Virus record (IMG/VR): IMGVR_UViG_3300036770_006786
Location: 1 to 60,367 of that record
Strand: one strand, 5' to 3'
Origin: a virus
Taxonomy: Duplodnaviria; Caudoviricetes
Length of the DNA stretch: 60,367 nucleotides
The notes under the pieces were generated by a model. That model searched no databases. It was not told the DNA's origin and was given only the letters and a program-made list of their open reading frames with translations. Shown here piece by piece: positions 21,001-29,870 of the stretch (positions are counted from its first letter, which is position 1; the number at the start of each line of letters is the position of its first letter). Position numbers and translations under genes: made by a program.

Positions 21001-21356
21001 CACCATCGGCCTTGGATCGTATCAACGTAGCTCGCTTGGTAGCATTCCTCCGTGCTCGTTTGGAAACCATTGGCAAGACTTACATATTCGAGCCTAACGA
21101 TCAGATCACCCGCAATGAGATTTCTAATGCGGTTTCAAATCTGCTCAATGACTTGGTAGCCAAGCGCGGTGTATACGACTACTTGGTCGTGTGCGATGAA
21201 TCAAACAACACGCCAGCACGTATCGACAGAAACGAGCTGTGGATCGATATCGCTATCGAACCAGTGAAAGCTGTTGAGTTCATCTACATTCCTGTGCGAA
21301 TCAAGAACACAGGTGAGATCGCTGCCGGTGAAGTTGCCACAGCAAGTGCTGTCTAA
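18045..21356 (+). CDS. gp18: Contractile tail sheath protein (T4 gp18-like), enlarged
   Basis: MALVSPGVEV..IDES, PWLAPAG..RG, LYENKINPI, SALDRINVARL, FEPND..TR, CDESNNTP..IDRNEL, EFIYIP; TAAATA at 18009. Confidence 0.95.
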   Translation: MALVSPGVEVTIIDESNYLPAPTNSVPYILIATAQNKISGSGVGVAAGTTAANAGKVYLISSQRDLVNTFGNPFFYSTTAGAPINGYELNEYGLLAAYSVMGISNRAYIQRADIDLSELTASLTRPTGDPANGTFWLDTTETVWGIFEWSFTTNAFTAKTPIVITDTDDLDGGVPKDSIGNIGDYCVVATNASNPVYFKSPGNTVSDPAVDANTWVLIGSDAWKNSWPTVIGTETNPTLTTGQSIYLNDVLVTLSGTTVSAMATAINTANGGAGIAGVTAKAVDGKLEIYVDSAGTNDGSTDSGNGILDITNGTGTLLTDIGITARLYYAPVLQQSPNYTVPQWRSTSSEPHPTGSVWNKTNIVNQGTNLVVKKFDSALALFVQQNCPVYENDQSANYTLDPAGGGRNITAGTTYAQYDVNENDTFTLKIFERQATGPTIILGDDTAPVFTNSEAFTIQWSVRNSASLSSAVTATLPGAGTLGAADFVTAFLAAIPSGAPVTATVTADGAIQIQHTQGGVIILTDTVGTPVSDAGINTDVDGVRNGYTNGSVDTDIYILSNWVALTYTASDTAPDQDPAEGRLWYYSAIDQVDIMINDGTAWKGYKTVTSDVRGFNLANTDPAGPIISATAPTLQSDDTALVYGDLWIDSSDLENYPVIRRWESVDGQDQWVLIDNTDQTTENGVLFADFRWATNGTTDPITDPIPTITSLLTSNYLDLDAPNYALYPAGMLGFNLRRSGFNVKSFQVDYFNATDFPDETLPTEKNAWVSASGLKSDGAPYMGRKAVRNMVVAAMKSAIDTQQDLREEQRQFNLIATPNYPELIPNMVALNNERSQTAFVIGDTPMRLPDTPDAIIDWATDAFGTGVDSEDGLTTADAYMGTFYPSCQTTDLSGQTVVQPPSHMMLRTILRSDEVSFPWLAPAGTRRGVVDNAFALGYVDAQTGQFIQTAIRQSIRDTLYENKINPITFIPGTGITNYGNKTEAATPSALDRINVARLVAFLRARLETIGKTYIFEPNDQITRNEISNAVSNLLNDLVAKRGVYDYLVVCDESNNTPARIDRNELWIDIAIEPVKAVEFIYIPVRIKNTGEIAAGEVATASAV

Positions 21357-21373
21357 CGATGCCGCTAAAGGCG

Positions 21374-21403
21374 AAAATGGGGTGGCAACACCCCATTTTT
21401 TTT
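21374..21403 (+). terminator. Rho-independent terminator with GNRA loop
   Basis: AAAATGGGGTG-GCAA-CACCCCATTTT plus Ts; ATAAATA late promoter follows at 21417. Confidence 0.9.
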
Positions 21404-21444
21404 GGCCTCATACTCGATAAATAATTGCATATTAGGAGACCGAT

Positions 21445-22062
21445 ATGTCCGTAGCATCACTAACAAAAATGACAGTGCCGTTGGCGAGCGATCAGAGCGC
21501 CCGAGATCAGGGCTTGCTGATGCCCAAGCTCAAATATCGCTTCCGAGTGGTATTTGAAAACTTTGGCGTTAGCACACCTCGGACCGAACTCACCAAGCAA
21601 GTCATCGATTTTGCAAGACCCACAGTCACTTTTGATGAGATGACCGTGGACATCTATAACAGCCGTTTGTTCCTGGCTGGTAAGCACACCTGGGAATCTG
21701 TCACAGTCAACTTCCGCGACGACGCGGGTGGCAACGTGGCCAAGCTGGTTGGCGAACAACTGCAGAAGCAGTTGGACTTCATGGAGCAGGCTTCTGCCGC
21801 TTCTGGTATCGACTACAAGTTCGTCACTCGTTGCGAGATACTGGATGGTGGCAATGGCGCCGCTACTCCTGTGGTGCTTGAGACTTGGGAACTGTATGGT
21901 TGCTTCGTCACTTCAGTGAACTACAATGATCTGAACTACTCAGAGTCAGCACCTGTGACGATCTCTATGACCATGAGATTTGACAACGCCATCCAGACAC
22001 CTATCGGTTCTGGTGTTGGTGCTACCGTTGGTAGAACGCTCGGCGACGTCATAACAGGATAA
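21445..22062 (+). CDS. gp19: Tail tube protein (T4 gp19-like)
   Basis: Follows sheath; PKLKYRFRV, AGKHTWE.VTV, ETWELYGCF..VNYNDLNY. Confidence 0.85.
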   Translation: MSVASLTKMTVPLASDQSARDQGLLMPKLKYRFRVVFENFGVSTPRTELTKQVIDFARPTVTFDEMTVDIYNSRLFLAGKHTWESVTVNFRDDAGGNVAKLVGEQLQKQLDFMEQASAASGIDYKFVTRCEILDGGNGAATPVVLETWELYGCFVTSVNYNDLNYSESAPVTISMTMRFDNAIQTPIGSGVGATVGRTLGDVITG

Positions 22063-22065
22063 TCC

Positions 22066-23292
22066 ATGTCCTTCGGATCGGACTTCCTAAAGGGGTTCTT
22101 TGGAAGCGATTATCTAAAGGACTACACACACGCCAGCAAGACTTTCCGTGCAAACGGTTATGAGCTGGCGCCTCGTTATAAGTTCCTTTTCCATGTGTAC
22201 TTCAATCTCAATACTGATGTGGTAGGGGGTATACCTAAGCTGAGAGAAGTTTTTGACACCACGGATCAGAAAAACATCGGTCTCATGGTCAAGACAGTGC
22301 AACTGCCTAACTATCAGCTGGAAGTGGAAACCATGAATCAGTACAATCGCAAGCGATTGATACAGAAAAAGATTGAGTATAATCCTTGCCAGTTCACATT
22401 CCACGACGACGGCAACGATCTCATCCGCAACATGTGGTACAACTACTTTGCTTACTACTACAAAGATCCCACACAGCAGTACTGGGGTGTTCCTGTCACG
22501 CAAGGTAGCATGGGAGCCAGCGGCAACGGTGGCGATCCCAAGCTCAGCTACAATGGCAGAGATATCTATAACGACGATCGTCCAGTGAATGACTGGGGTT
22601 ATGTAGGCGAAAGCTACAGTGATGGAACATCGAGCACAGGTGGCAAGCCTCCATTCTTCCGAGACATAACCATATTTGGTTTGGCCAATGGGCCCGATGG
22701 GCATCAGTTCTGTGCTTACGTGCTGATCAATCCCATGATCACTGAATGGCGTCATGATACATATGATTATAGCCAAGGTGGAGGATTGATGGAACATCAG
22801 ATGACCGTGCGGTATGAGACGGTGAAATACTATTCAGGCAAGATGAATGCCAAGAACGCACAGAATATCGTCACAGGATTTGCCAAAGAAGATCGTTATG
22901 ATACAGTGCCCAGTTCGCTGAGCCGTCCAGGCACCACCTCTAGTATATTAGGTCAAGGTGGCTTGATTGATACCATCGGTGGAGTGGTCAACGACCTGCA
23001 ATCAGGATCGGTGCTGGGTATCATCGGAGCCATACAGAAAGCTGGCACAGCCTATCAGACATTCAAAGGCAAAGATCTACAGAGCATCGTGCGGAACGAA
23101 GCCAATGCCGTGGTCAAAGACGTGATACGTGGCGAGCTTCCTGGAGCAGTGAGACAGACAGCCAACGCCGCGGATGGATTCTTCTTTCCCAAAGTTCCTG
23201 TGCAAAACAATCCCACTACGACCAGTCCAGCACAACCTAGATCCGCAACACCTACCATCGTAGGTCCGGCTACACAACAGGTACCGAGATGA
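22066..23292 (+). CDS. Tail-tube-fold baseplate protein (gp48/gp54-like)
   Basis: VKTVQLP.Y...ETMNQYNRKR..Q.KI.Y.P..FTFHDD tube-fold pattern; next to the tube gene. Confidence 0.55.
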   Translation: MSFGSDFLKGFFGSDYLKDYTHASKTFRANGYELAPRYKFLFHVYFNLNTDVVGGIPKLREVFDTTDQKNIGLMVKTVQLPNYQLEVETMNQYNRKRLIQKKIEYNPCQFTFHDDGNDLIRNMWYNYFAYYYKDPTQQYWGVPVTQGSMGASGNGGDPKLSYNGRDIYNDDRPVNDWGYVGESYSDGTSSTGGKPPFFRDITIFGLANGPDGHQFCAYVLINPMITEWRHDTYDYSQGGGLMEHQMTVRYETVKYYSGKMNAKNAQNIVTGFAKEDRYDTVPSSLSRPGTTSSILGQGGLIDTIGGVVNDLQSGSVLGIIGAIQKAGTAYQTFKGKDLQSIVRNEANAVVKDVIRGELPGAVRQTANAADGFFFPKVPVQNNPTTTSPAQPRSATPTIVGPATQQVPR

Positions 23293-23651
23293 CCAGCACA
23301 GTAAACTACGTTGATCCTAAACTAGATCCCACAGTCAGGATATTCAATAACTTCTATAACTTTGAAGTCGAAGTCAATGCCAACGAATACGACGTGGTAG
23401 AAAGCTATTTCCGCAGAGTTTTTGCGGATCAGTTGGCAGCTAAAAACTTCACAGTGACTCTGTTCCAAATCTCTGAACAGACCAAGCGTCCGGTCTTGGA
23501 GCTCTTGGCAGAGATACAAGGACAAGACCAGATACAGCTCACGGCCACCTTGTGCTACTATCTCAACAATCTCCGGAGCAACACTACCCTGTTAGGTATA
23601 TCCGCATTAGTCACTCCTAACTTCTATGCGGCTCGCAATGTATTACCATGA
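23289..23651 (+). CDS. Hypothetical protein
   Basis: 120-aa ORF with ATGA overlaps at both ends. Confidence 0.7.
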   Translation: MTSTVNYVDPKLDPTVRIFNNFYNFEVEVNANEYDVVESYFRRVFADQLAAKNFTVTLFQISEQTKRPVLELLAEIQGQDQIQLTATLCYYLNNLRSNTTLLGISALVTPNFYAARNVLP

Positions 23652-24082
23652 GCAGGAATTTCGCCCAGGGATTCTTTGAAGTACGCAATCCCCAAAAGTA
23701 CGCAGGCAAAGGCAAACCCAAGTATCGTTCAGGATGGGAACATGCATTCATGCGTTTCTGCGACAGCAATGACAACATCATACAGTGGGCCAGCGAAAGC
23801 ATAGTGATACCATATCGTCATCCTCTCACAGGCAAGATGACCAACTACATTCCAGACTTCCTGATCCAGTATCGTACCAAAAACAACAAAGTGATGACCG
23901 AGCTGATAGAGATCAAGCCCAAAAAACAGAGCGTGATTGAAAGCAAAGCCAGCCAGCGAGACAAGGCCATAGTGGCTGTAAATTACGCCAAATGGGATGC
24001 CGCCACCAAATGGTGCCGCCGACAAGGACTACAGTTCCGGGTGATAACCGAAGACGATATCTTCCGCAACGGTGCAAAATAA
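23648..24082 (+). CDS. gp4: Head completion nuclease (T4 gp4-like, TnsA-type fold)
   Basis: YRSGWE..FM.FCD....I.QWASE...IPY, Y.PDF, EIKP, VN.AKW.AA. Confidence 0.85.
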   Translation: MSRNFAQGFFEVRNPQKYAGKGKPKYRSGWEHAFMRFCDSNDNIIQWASESIVIPYRHPLTGKMTNYIPDFLIQYRTKNNKVMTELIEIKPKKQSVIESKASQRDKAIVAVNYAKWDAATKWCRRQGLQFRVITEDDIFRNGAK

Positions 24083-24097
24083 CCCGGTAAATACGGG

Positions 24098-24607
24098 ATG
24101 ACAAAAAAACTAGAAGAGCTGTTTGATCTTCCAGATCGCATAGAAGATCCTGCGCCAGATCATGGACCTGCTACCGAAACACAGGATGACATCGAAGCTA
24201 ATCTGCCCGTGTTACCAGAGACCTTGGTCGCACTGGACAAGATAGAGCAAGCCCTACCAGCAGTGCGTGGGCTTGAAGCATCGGATCAAGAGATGGACGA
24301 CCTAGCCGCCAAGGCCACAGAGAACTTTGAAAATCTCATGGATCTGGGCATGAACGTAGATTCGAGATATGCGTCCGAGATATTCTCTGTAGCGTCTACC
24401 TTGCTGGGACACGCCATCACTGCCAAGACAGCCAAGATGAACAAAAAGCTCAAGATGATCCAGCTACAGTTACAGAAAGCCAAACTGGATCAAACCGCAG
24501 ATGAACAACCCATGACTCCGGGCACCGGAATGGTGCTGGATCGCAACGAACTGTTGAACAGACTCACTCAACGTGAAACAACAAAGAAGCCAGATAGTGC
24601 TAAATAG
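24098..24607 (+). CDS. Probable terminase small subunit (gp16-like)
   Basis: Helical coiled-coil 169-aa protein ending DRNELL; late promoter 4 nt before ATG; call based on general resemblance only. Confidence 0.45.
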   Translation: MTKKLEELFDLPDRIEDPAPDHGPATETQDDIEANLPVLPETLVALDKIEQALPAVRGLEASDQEMDDLAAKATENFENLMDLGMNVDSRYASEIFSVASTLLGHAITAKTAKMNKKLKMIQLQLQKAKLDQTADEQPMTPGTGMVLDRNELLNRLTQRETTKKPDSAK

Positions 24608-24623
24608 GATATAGGGGATTTAT

Positions 24624-25223
24624 ATGAAAACTTTTGCAGAATACCTGACAGAATCGCGCAAAACCTTTGATTACCGCATCAAAATCGCCGGAGATACCAC
24701 GCCCGAGTTCATGAAAGGATTCGAGCAAAAGCTCAAGCAGTTTGACGTAGTCAAGATGACCGCGCCCAAGACCACACCAGTGCAGAAAACACTGGCAGAC
24801 TTTCCGCAGTATAACAATGAGAGCATGACGTTCATGGACGTCACTTTCAACTATCCTGCCACACCTCCACAGATCACCCAGATCGCATATTTGTTGGGAC
24901 TGGATCCCAATCGCATCTGCATCCAAGATCGAGTGTATGCTGAGAAGATGGATTCAGAGCGAGAGCGCCAGGACAAAGAAAGCAAGAACTTGCTTACAGA
25001 CACAGATTTTCCTGCACCTGACAAAGAGCAACGCGATCTCAAGAAAGATTATTCTGCCGCTCCTGAGGATCATGCTGTGCTCAAGAATGCTTACCGGAGT
25101 GATTTCACAGTGGCAGGCGGAAAGACACCTCCAGCGGTGACCACTAATGACTTTCCGATGGGCACCAAGAGTCCTATCAACGGTACTAATCGAATCCCCA
25201 CACCACAGAGCTCAGCGAGATAA
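24624..25223 (+). CDS. Putative internal head protein with capsid-targeting-like N-terminus
   Basis: MKTFAEYLTE resembles the T4 IP CTS MKTYQEFIAE; TAAATA at 24601. Confidence 0.55.
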   Translation: MKTFAEYLTESRKTFDYRIKIAGDTTPEFMKGFEQKLKQFDVVKMTAPKTTPVQKTLADFPQYNNESMTFMDVTFNYPATPPQITQIAYLLGLDPNRICIQDRVYAEKMDSERERQDKESKNLLTDTDFPAPDKEQRDLKKDYSAAPEDHAVLKNAYRSDFTVAGGKTPPAVTTNDFPMGTKSPINGTNRIPTPQSSAR

Positions 25224-25234
25224 GGAACTTGACA

Positions 25235-26926
25235 ATGAATAACATGTATGACATACTGAACAAAATGACCCTGTTGGAAGGCCGAGGTTCCAAACCTGAC
25301 TTTCTCGATTTAGACAAAGACGGTAACAAAACTGAGCCCATGAAAGATGCTGCCAAAGAAGTGGATGAAGCAAGTTACTCAGCTAAGGCAGCTCGTGCCG
25401 GTAAAGACATTGGCAAGCCAGGTAAGAACTTTGAGAAGATCGCTAAAGATGCCGCCAAGCGTTATGGTTCAAAAGAAAAAGGCGAAAAAGTTGCAGGCGC
25501 TGTGCTAGCCAAACTGCGTGCCAAGGAATCAATTGACGAAGCTGACATGGAAGAAGGTAACGAGTTTTCTGGTGAATTGGCCAAAGCTCGTGCCTCTGGC
25601 GCTAAAGAATTTCGAGTTGATGGCAAGTCTTACAAAGTCACCAAAGAAGAAGATGAAAAGATGATGAACGAAGATGTGATCGAAGAAGGTTTTGTAGACT
25701 TCATGGATCGCAAAGCCGCTTATCGTTCAATTGGTGCTGATGTAGAAGGCAAACCCGATGACTACACAGTGACCTTCAAAGATGGCACCCGCAAACGCTA
25801 CCAAGATACACCACGTGGCCGTCGTGTGACCACACTGGAACCTGTGGACCGTCCCGAAGAAGTTGATGCCGACGGTGAAGTAGTCAAGCGTGGTCGTGGT
25901 CGTCCTAAAGGAACAGGTCGTAAGATCGGTACTCGCGGAGTCACAGACGTGCGTAAGAAGAAAGTCAAAGAAGGCGATCTTGAAGAAGACTACGACAAAG
26001 ACGAGTACGATGAAGAAGGCGAAATGGCCAAGAGCCAAGCTCGCACCATCGCTGATGCTGCCATGGAGCTACATCAGATCGTGGGCGATAATGAAAACTT
26101 GCCTGAGTGGGTACAGAAGAAGATCGCACTGGCACAAGAATATATCGATGCCGCACGTGATTATCTCGCTGCCAATCGTCCCGAAGAAGAGATGATGGCT
26201 GAAAAAGCAGTGAGCAAGGCACAACGTGCTGCCGCTGGTATCGCTTATGCAGCCAAGAAGGGTAATATCCCCAAGTCAGAACTCCGCGGTGCTTCCAAAG
26301 AGATGGCCAAGATGCCTGCAGGTGAACTCAAGAAGTTTGCTAAGACCAAAGAAAAAGGTCTCCCAGAAAAGAAGGATGAAGCCGTGGAAGAAACTACAGT
26401 TGCCGGATCAGTGGCTCCTGCCGCAGAAGCTCCTAAGGGCAAAAAAGGTGGCATGATATTTGGCAAAGGTGTTTATGAAGGCCAGATCGCCGAAAGCTAT
26501 GAAAAGAAACTCAGTGCAGTGCTGACAGAAGGAATCAGCATGAATGCTTCTGTAGGCGAAGATGGAAAGAAAACATTGACAGTCAATGCCACAGATGATG
26601 ATGCTGAACAATTGGCCGCTATCCTCAAGATGGCTGGTGTTGGTTCTGCGTACAAAGAAGCCTGCTCATCATGTGGCCAAGCACCTTGCGGTTGCGAAAG
26701 CCTGGAAGAAACAGAACTGGCCAATGCTCCTGATGAAGAGTTTGCCGACACAGATACCATGGTCAATACAATATCAGGCGGCTTGAACGCTCGCAAGACC
26801 ACAGGTCAGACCACTGGCGCTCCGTTCAACAGAGATCCTGCACGTATGGGCATACATCGTCAAGAGCAAGTGGACGAAGCACAGGAACAGCGTTTGTTCG
26901 ATCTCTACAAGCAATTCAAGGGCTAA
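25235..26926 (+). CDS. Charged modular putative prohead core/internal protein
   Basis: E/K-rich with repeated (V/I/L/M)-(D/E)-E sites, DLDKDG motif and AT-hook KRGRGRPKG; ATG 25235 lies 8 nt after SD AAGGA. Confidence 0.55.
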   Translation: MNNMYDILNKMTLLEGRGSKPDFLDLDKDGNKTEPMKDAAKEVDEASYSAKAARAGKDIGKPGKNFEKIAKDAAKRYGSKEKGEKVAGAVLAKLRAKESIDEADMEEGNEFSGELAKARASGAKEFRVDGKSYKVTKEEDEKMMNEDVIEEGFVDFMDRKAAYRSIGADVEGKPDDYTVTFKDGTRKRYQDTPRGRRVTTLEPVDRPEEVDADGEVVKRGRGRPKGTGRKIGTRGVTDVRKKKVKEGDLEEDYDKDEYDEEGEMAKSQARTIADAAMELHQIVGDNENLPEWVQKKIALAQEYIDAARDYLAANRPEEEMMAEKAVSKAQRAAAGIAYAAKKGNIPKSELRGASKEMAKMPAGELKKFAKTKEKGLPEKKDEAVEETTVAGSVAPAAEAPKGKKGGMIFGKGVYEGQIAESYEKKLSAVLTEGISMNASVGEDGKKTLTVNATDDDAEQLAAILKMAGVGSAYKEACSSCGQAPCGCESLEETELANAPDEEFADTDTMVNTISGGLNARKTTGQTTGAPFNRDPARMGIHRQEQVDEAQEQRLFDLYKQFKG

Positions 26927-26928
26927 TC

Positions 26929-27912
26929 ATGACCAAGAGTCTACGAGACTATATCACCGAATCAGAGCAATGGATTGATAATCCAGTGCCAGGCGATGAC
27001 TTCGCTATCAACTTCCGTGAGGAATGCCTGGTAGAAAGTTATGTGCTTGAAACAAGAAAAAATGCCGTAGTGATACAGGCCGACGAAGAGATGATCCGTA
27101 TCATGGAATCCTATGGTTGTAGCATGGAAGATCTCGATGAAGAACAAAGCGTAGACGACGTATTAGTGAGTGAAGATCCCACAGAAGAAGAACCCACAGC
27201 ACCTGGTACCATGGGCGCAGTAGATGAGCCCACGGACTATGATCCCATTGGCGAGGACTTCATGGGTCGCATGCTTGAGCTGGCCGGATGTGGTCGCAAG
27301 ACCATGGAAGGTGATATCAGCCAGATCGAAAAAGACATAGCTGATGCTCCTGTAGCACCAATGGGCACTATAGAAGAAGGTATGATGAGCGAGATTGATA
27401 TCGATCTGCATGCCCTCGCCAGTCGTGGAGACGAAGAAGATCTAATCGCTGCTCTAGAAGGCGATCTAGGCCCGGGTACAGCAGTGGTCCTGCAAAACAT
27501 GATGGACGAACTCAAAGACGAGTTGGCCGCAAAAGGTATGAACGATGTCATCAACGACTATGACAAGATGATCGAGATACTGTGGGATAAAATCGTAGAT
27601 GAATACAGCGATGGTGATTTTGATACTAAAGAGATGTCCGAAGCAGAATATCAAGGTCGCAAAGTGCCCTTAGGCAAACCCATGCGTGGTGACGTCAAGA
27701 AGTTCAAGGTCTATGTTCGAGACCCTAAAACTGGCAATGTGAAAAAAGTCAACTTTGGTCATGGTGGTACCAGCGCCAAACGTGCCGGTCAGAAGACCAT
27801 GAAGATCAAGAAATCTGATCCTGCTCGTCGCCGGAGCTTCCGTGCTCGCCATAACTGCGACAATCCAGGTCCAAGAACAAAAGCACGTTACTGGTCATGC
27901 CGGGCGTGGTAA
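26929..27912 (+). CDS. Putative internal head protein, acidic N-part and basic C-terminal domain (DUF6321-like)
   Basis: MTKSLRDYITE start; EAEYQGRKV.LGKP..KKVNFG..ARRRSFRARHNC....KARYWSC. Confidence 0.6.
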   Translation: MTKSLRDYITESEQWIDNPVPGDDFAINFREECLVESYVLETRKNAVVIQADEEMIRIMESYGCSMEDLDEEQSVDDVLVSEDPTEEEPTAPGTMGAVDEPTDYDPIGEDFMGRMLELAGCGRKTMEGDISQIEKDIADAPVAPMGTIEEGMMSEIDIDLHALASRGDEEDLIAALEGDLGPGTAVVLQNMMDELKDELAAKGMNDVINDYDKMIEILWDKIVDEYSDGDFDTKEMSEAEYQGRKVPLGKPMRGDVKKFKVYVRDPKTGNVKKVNFGHGGTSAKRAGQKTMKIKKSDPARRRSFRARHNCDNPGPRTKARYWSCRAW

Positions 27913-27926
27913 AAAGGAAAATATAA

Positions 27927-28199
27927 ATGTCAAGCCAAGCCAATGTCTATACCGCAGTAGCCAACGTAGTGTGGCAGACTGACAAGTGCATGATCTCAAC
28001 AGGAAACACATCGGTCACTTATCGAGTAGATCTCGCTCCTGACTTTGGAAACACTATCTACTCTAACGCTGTATCAATTCCAGCCTATGAAAGCACCTGG
28101 GTTTACGTGGGTGTGGGTAATCAACTTACCATCACTGGATCTAATTTCACAGCCGCCGAGGCCGGCACCGCAAGCTCAGGAACAGCCGGAGTACAATAA
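27927..28199 (+). CDS. Small putative structural protein
   Basis: 90 aa, beta-rich, SD AAGGA. Confidence 0.55.
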   Translation: MSSQANVYTAVANVVWQTDKCMISTGNTSVTYRVDLAPDFGNTIYSNAVSIPAYESTWVYVGVGNQLTITGSNFTAAEAGTASSGTAGVQ

Positions 28200-28201
28200 A
28201 C

Positions 28202-28582
28202 ATGCGAGCTCGAGAGTTCGTCACTGAGGCCAAGCGCAATGGCCAGCGTGCCGCTGCCAATCAAGAATTTGAGATGGCTCATCCGGGCATGATTGGACCA
28301 GGCGGCGGTGGTGATACCTACTGGGGTCGCTATTACGACTTCTACAGAGTGGCCACACTGGCCGGCATGGATCCTGCGGAACTGGACAAGGTCGACACCA
28401 TCAGTTTCTTTGGCAACCTGCCAGCATTCTCAGCCTATACTGATGCTGATCGAGTCAAACTCAAAGCCATCCTCAAAAAACTGGGCATGAAGCCCCGAGA
28501 GACCATCGGGCCTGGTAGTCTCGAAGCCAACGGCACCAACGCCACCAGTCCTGTCAAACCTTTCCGCGGTTATCCCAGATAG
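28202..28582 (+). CDS. GYPR-tail paralog 1 (putative capsid-targeted internal protein)
   Basis: MRAREFVTE...TSPVKPFRGYPR. Confidence 0.75.
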   Translation: MRAREFVTEAKRNGQRAAANQEFEMAHPGMIGPGGGGDTYWGRYYDFYRVATLAGMDPAELDKVDTISFFGNLPAFSAYTDADRVKLKAILKKLGMKPRETIGPGSLEANGTNATSPVKPFRGYPR

Positions 28583-28584
28583 CC

Positions 28585-29460
28585 ATGTGCATCATAGTCG
28601 CCAAGTACTTTCCTGGTATAGGATGGGCCGGTGCCAAGAACCGCGATCGCAACTACACTCCTACTTTAGATTTCATCGAAGACAACAGCGACGCTGTGAA
28701 TCGCATGATGATGCACGACCAAGTCACTGGCTACAAAGAAGGTATCAACAGCACCGGACTCAGCATACTCAACACCAGCCTTGACGTCTATGATGACGAA
28801 ACTGAAGTAGAAGCTGGTACTGCGGAAAGCAGCCCTGATGGCGGGATCATATCCGATGCTCTTAGGTACACAGATCCTTTGGATGCCGTAAAATACCTCG
28901 TGAAGAAACATCTCGGCGGATGTACCATAGTGTTCAATGAACAAGATCTCTATCTGATCGAAGCCACCGATGATGATGGAACTGCATCCTACAGATACAA
29001 AGTAAAAAAGATCAGTCCAAAAAATACTGTAGCCCGGAGCAATCATGGTCTATGGATTACGGATGCTGGCTACCAACGCAACTCTAAAGATGACAGCGAA
29101 TATCTTGGCCGGCTTTCTAGCGAAGCTAGATTGGCACAAGCAGAAGCTCTGGTGAAGGCTGCAAGGAAACCCGAAGATCTCGTGGATGGCATGTGCCAAG
29201 TCTACATCAATCATCCGCAACTAAATATCATGAGATACAGCACAGCACGCAAGAAGATGCGTACCACCAGCCAACAACTGTGTGTGCCTCAGGAGCGTAC
29301 TCTGTATTGCCGTCCTATCAGCAGTCACATGGACTTTGACTTCTGGAGACTGAATCAACCTCATACCAATGTGTGGGTGGAGATCCTGGGCAATAGAGTG
29401 CTGTGGCAGAATGTTGAAGGTGATCCACCGTTTGCACAGATGAAACTGAAAGACAAATAA
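28585..29460 (+). CDS. Ntn-hydrolase (N-terminal Cys nucleophile; NRDE/C45-like)
   Basis: MCIIVA start with Cys2, KNRDR, EGIN..GL.I.N and RSNHG motifs. Confidence 0.7.
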   Translation: MCIIVAKYFPGIGWAGAKNRDRNYTPTLDFIEDNSDAVNRMMMHDQVTGYKEGINSTGLSILNTSLDVYDDETEVEAGTAESSPDGGIISDALRYTDPLDAVKYLVKKHLGGCTIVFNEQDLYLIEATDDDGTASYRYKVKKISPKNTVARSNHGLWITDAGYQRNSKDDSEYLGRLSSEARLAQAEALVKAARKPEDLVDGMCQVYINHPQLNIMRYSTARKKMRTTSQQLCVPQERTLYCRPISSHMDFDFWRLNQPHTNVWVEILGNRVLWQNVEGDPPFAQMKLKDK

Positions 29461-29858
29461 TGAGAGCAAGAGAGTTTATAACTGAAGAAAAATATGGCAG
29501 TGCCGCTGATGTACCAGCCGATGGTCATAAACTCCGTAAATCTCAGCGTTCTGCCATGAAAGGCATCATCAGCATGCCCGACATCAGCCAGAACAAACAG
29601 GGCGGTAGTCCTTACACGCAATGGCGTTTTGGAATAGCCATGGCTGGTGCACCTGATCATGAGACAGAACCTGCAGGTGCATTCGCAGGTGATCCTCTGT
29701 TGGCTACTTACAGCGATGCTGATCTCGAGATAGTGAATGCCGCTGCCAAGATGGTAGGTGCCGGAGAAGTAAAAAAGGTCACAGACAATCGCAGTACCGA
29801 AGCTGACTGGGTACACAAGACTAGTCCTGTCAAGGGTTTTCGCGGATATCCAAGATAA
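29460..29858 (+). CDS. GYPR-tail paralog 2
   Basis: MRAREFITE...TSPVKGFRGYPR; TAATG coupling to the Ntn hydrolase. Confidence 0.75.
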   Translation: MRAREFITEEKYGSAADVPADGHKLRKSQRSAMKGIISMPDISQNKQGGSPYTQWRFGIAMAGAPDHETEPAGAFAGDPLLATYSDADLEIVNAAAKMVGAGEVKKVTDNRSTEADWVHKTSPVKGFRGYPR

Positions 29859-29870
29859 ACGGGCTCAAGT

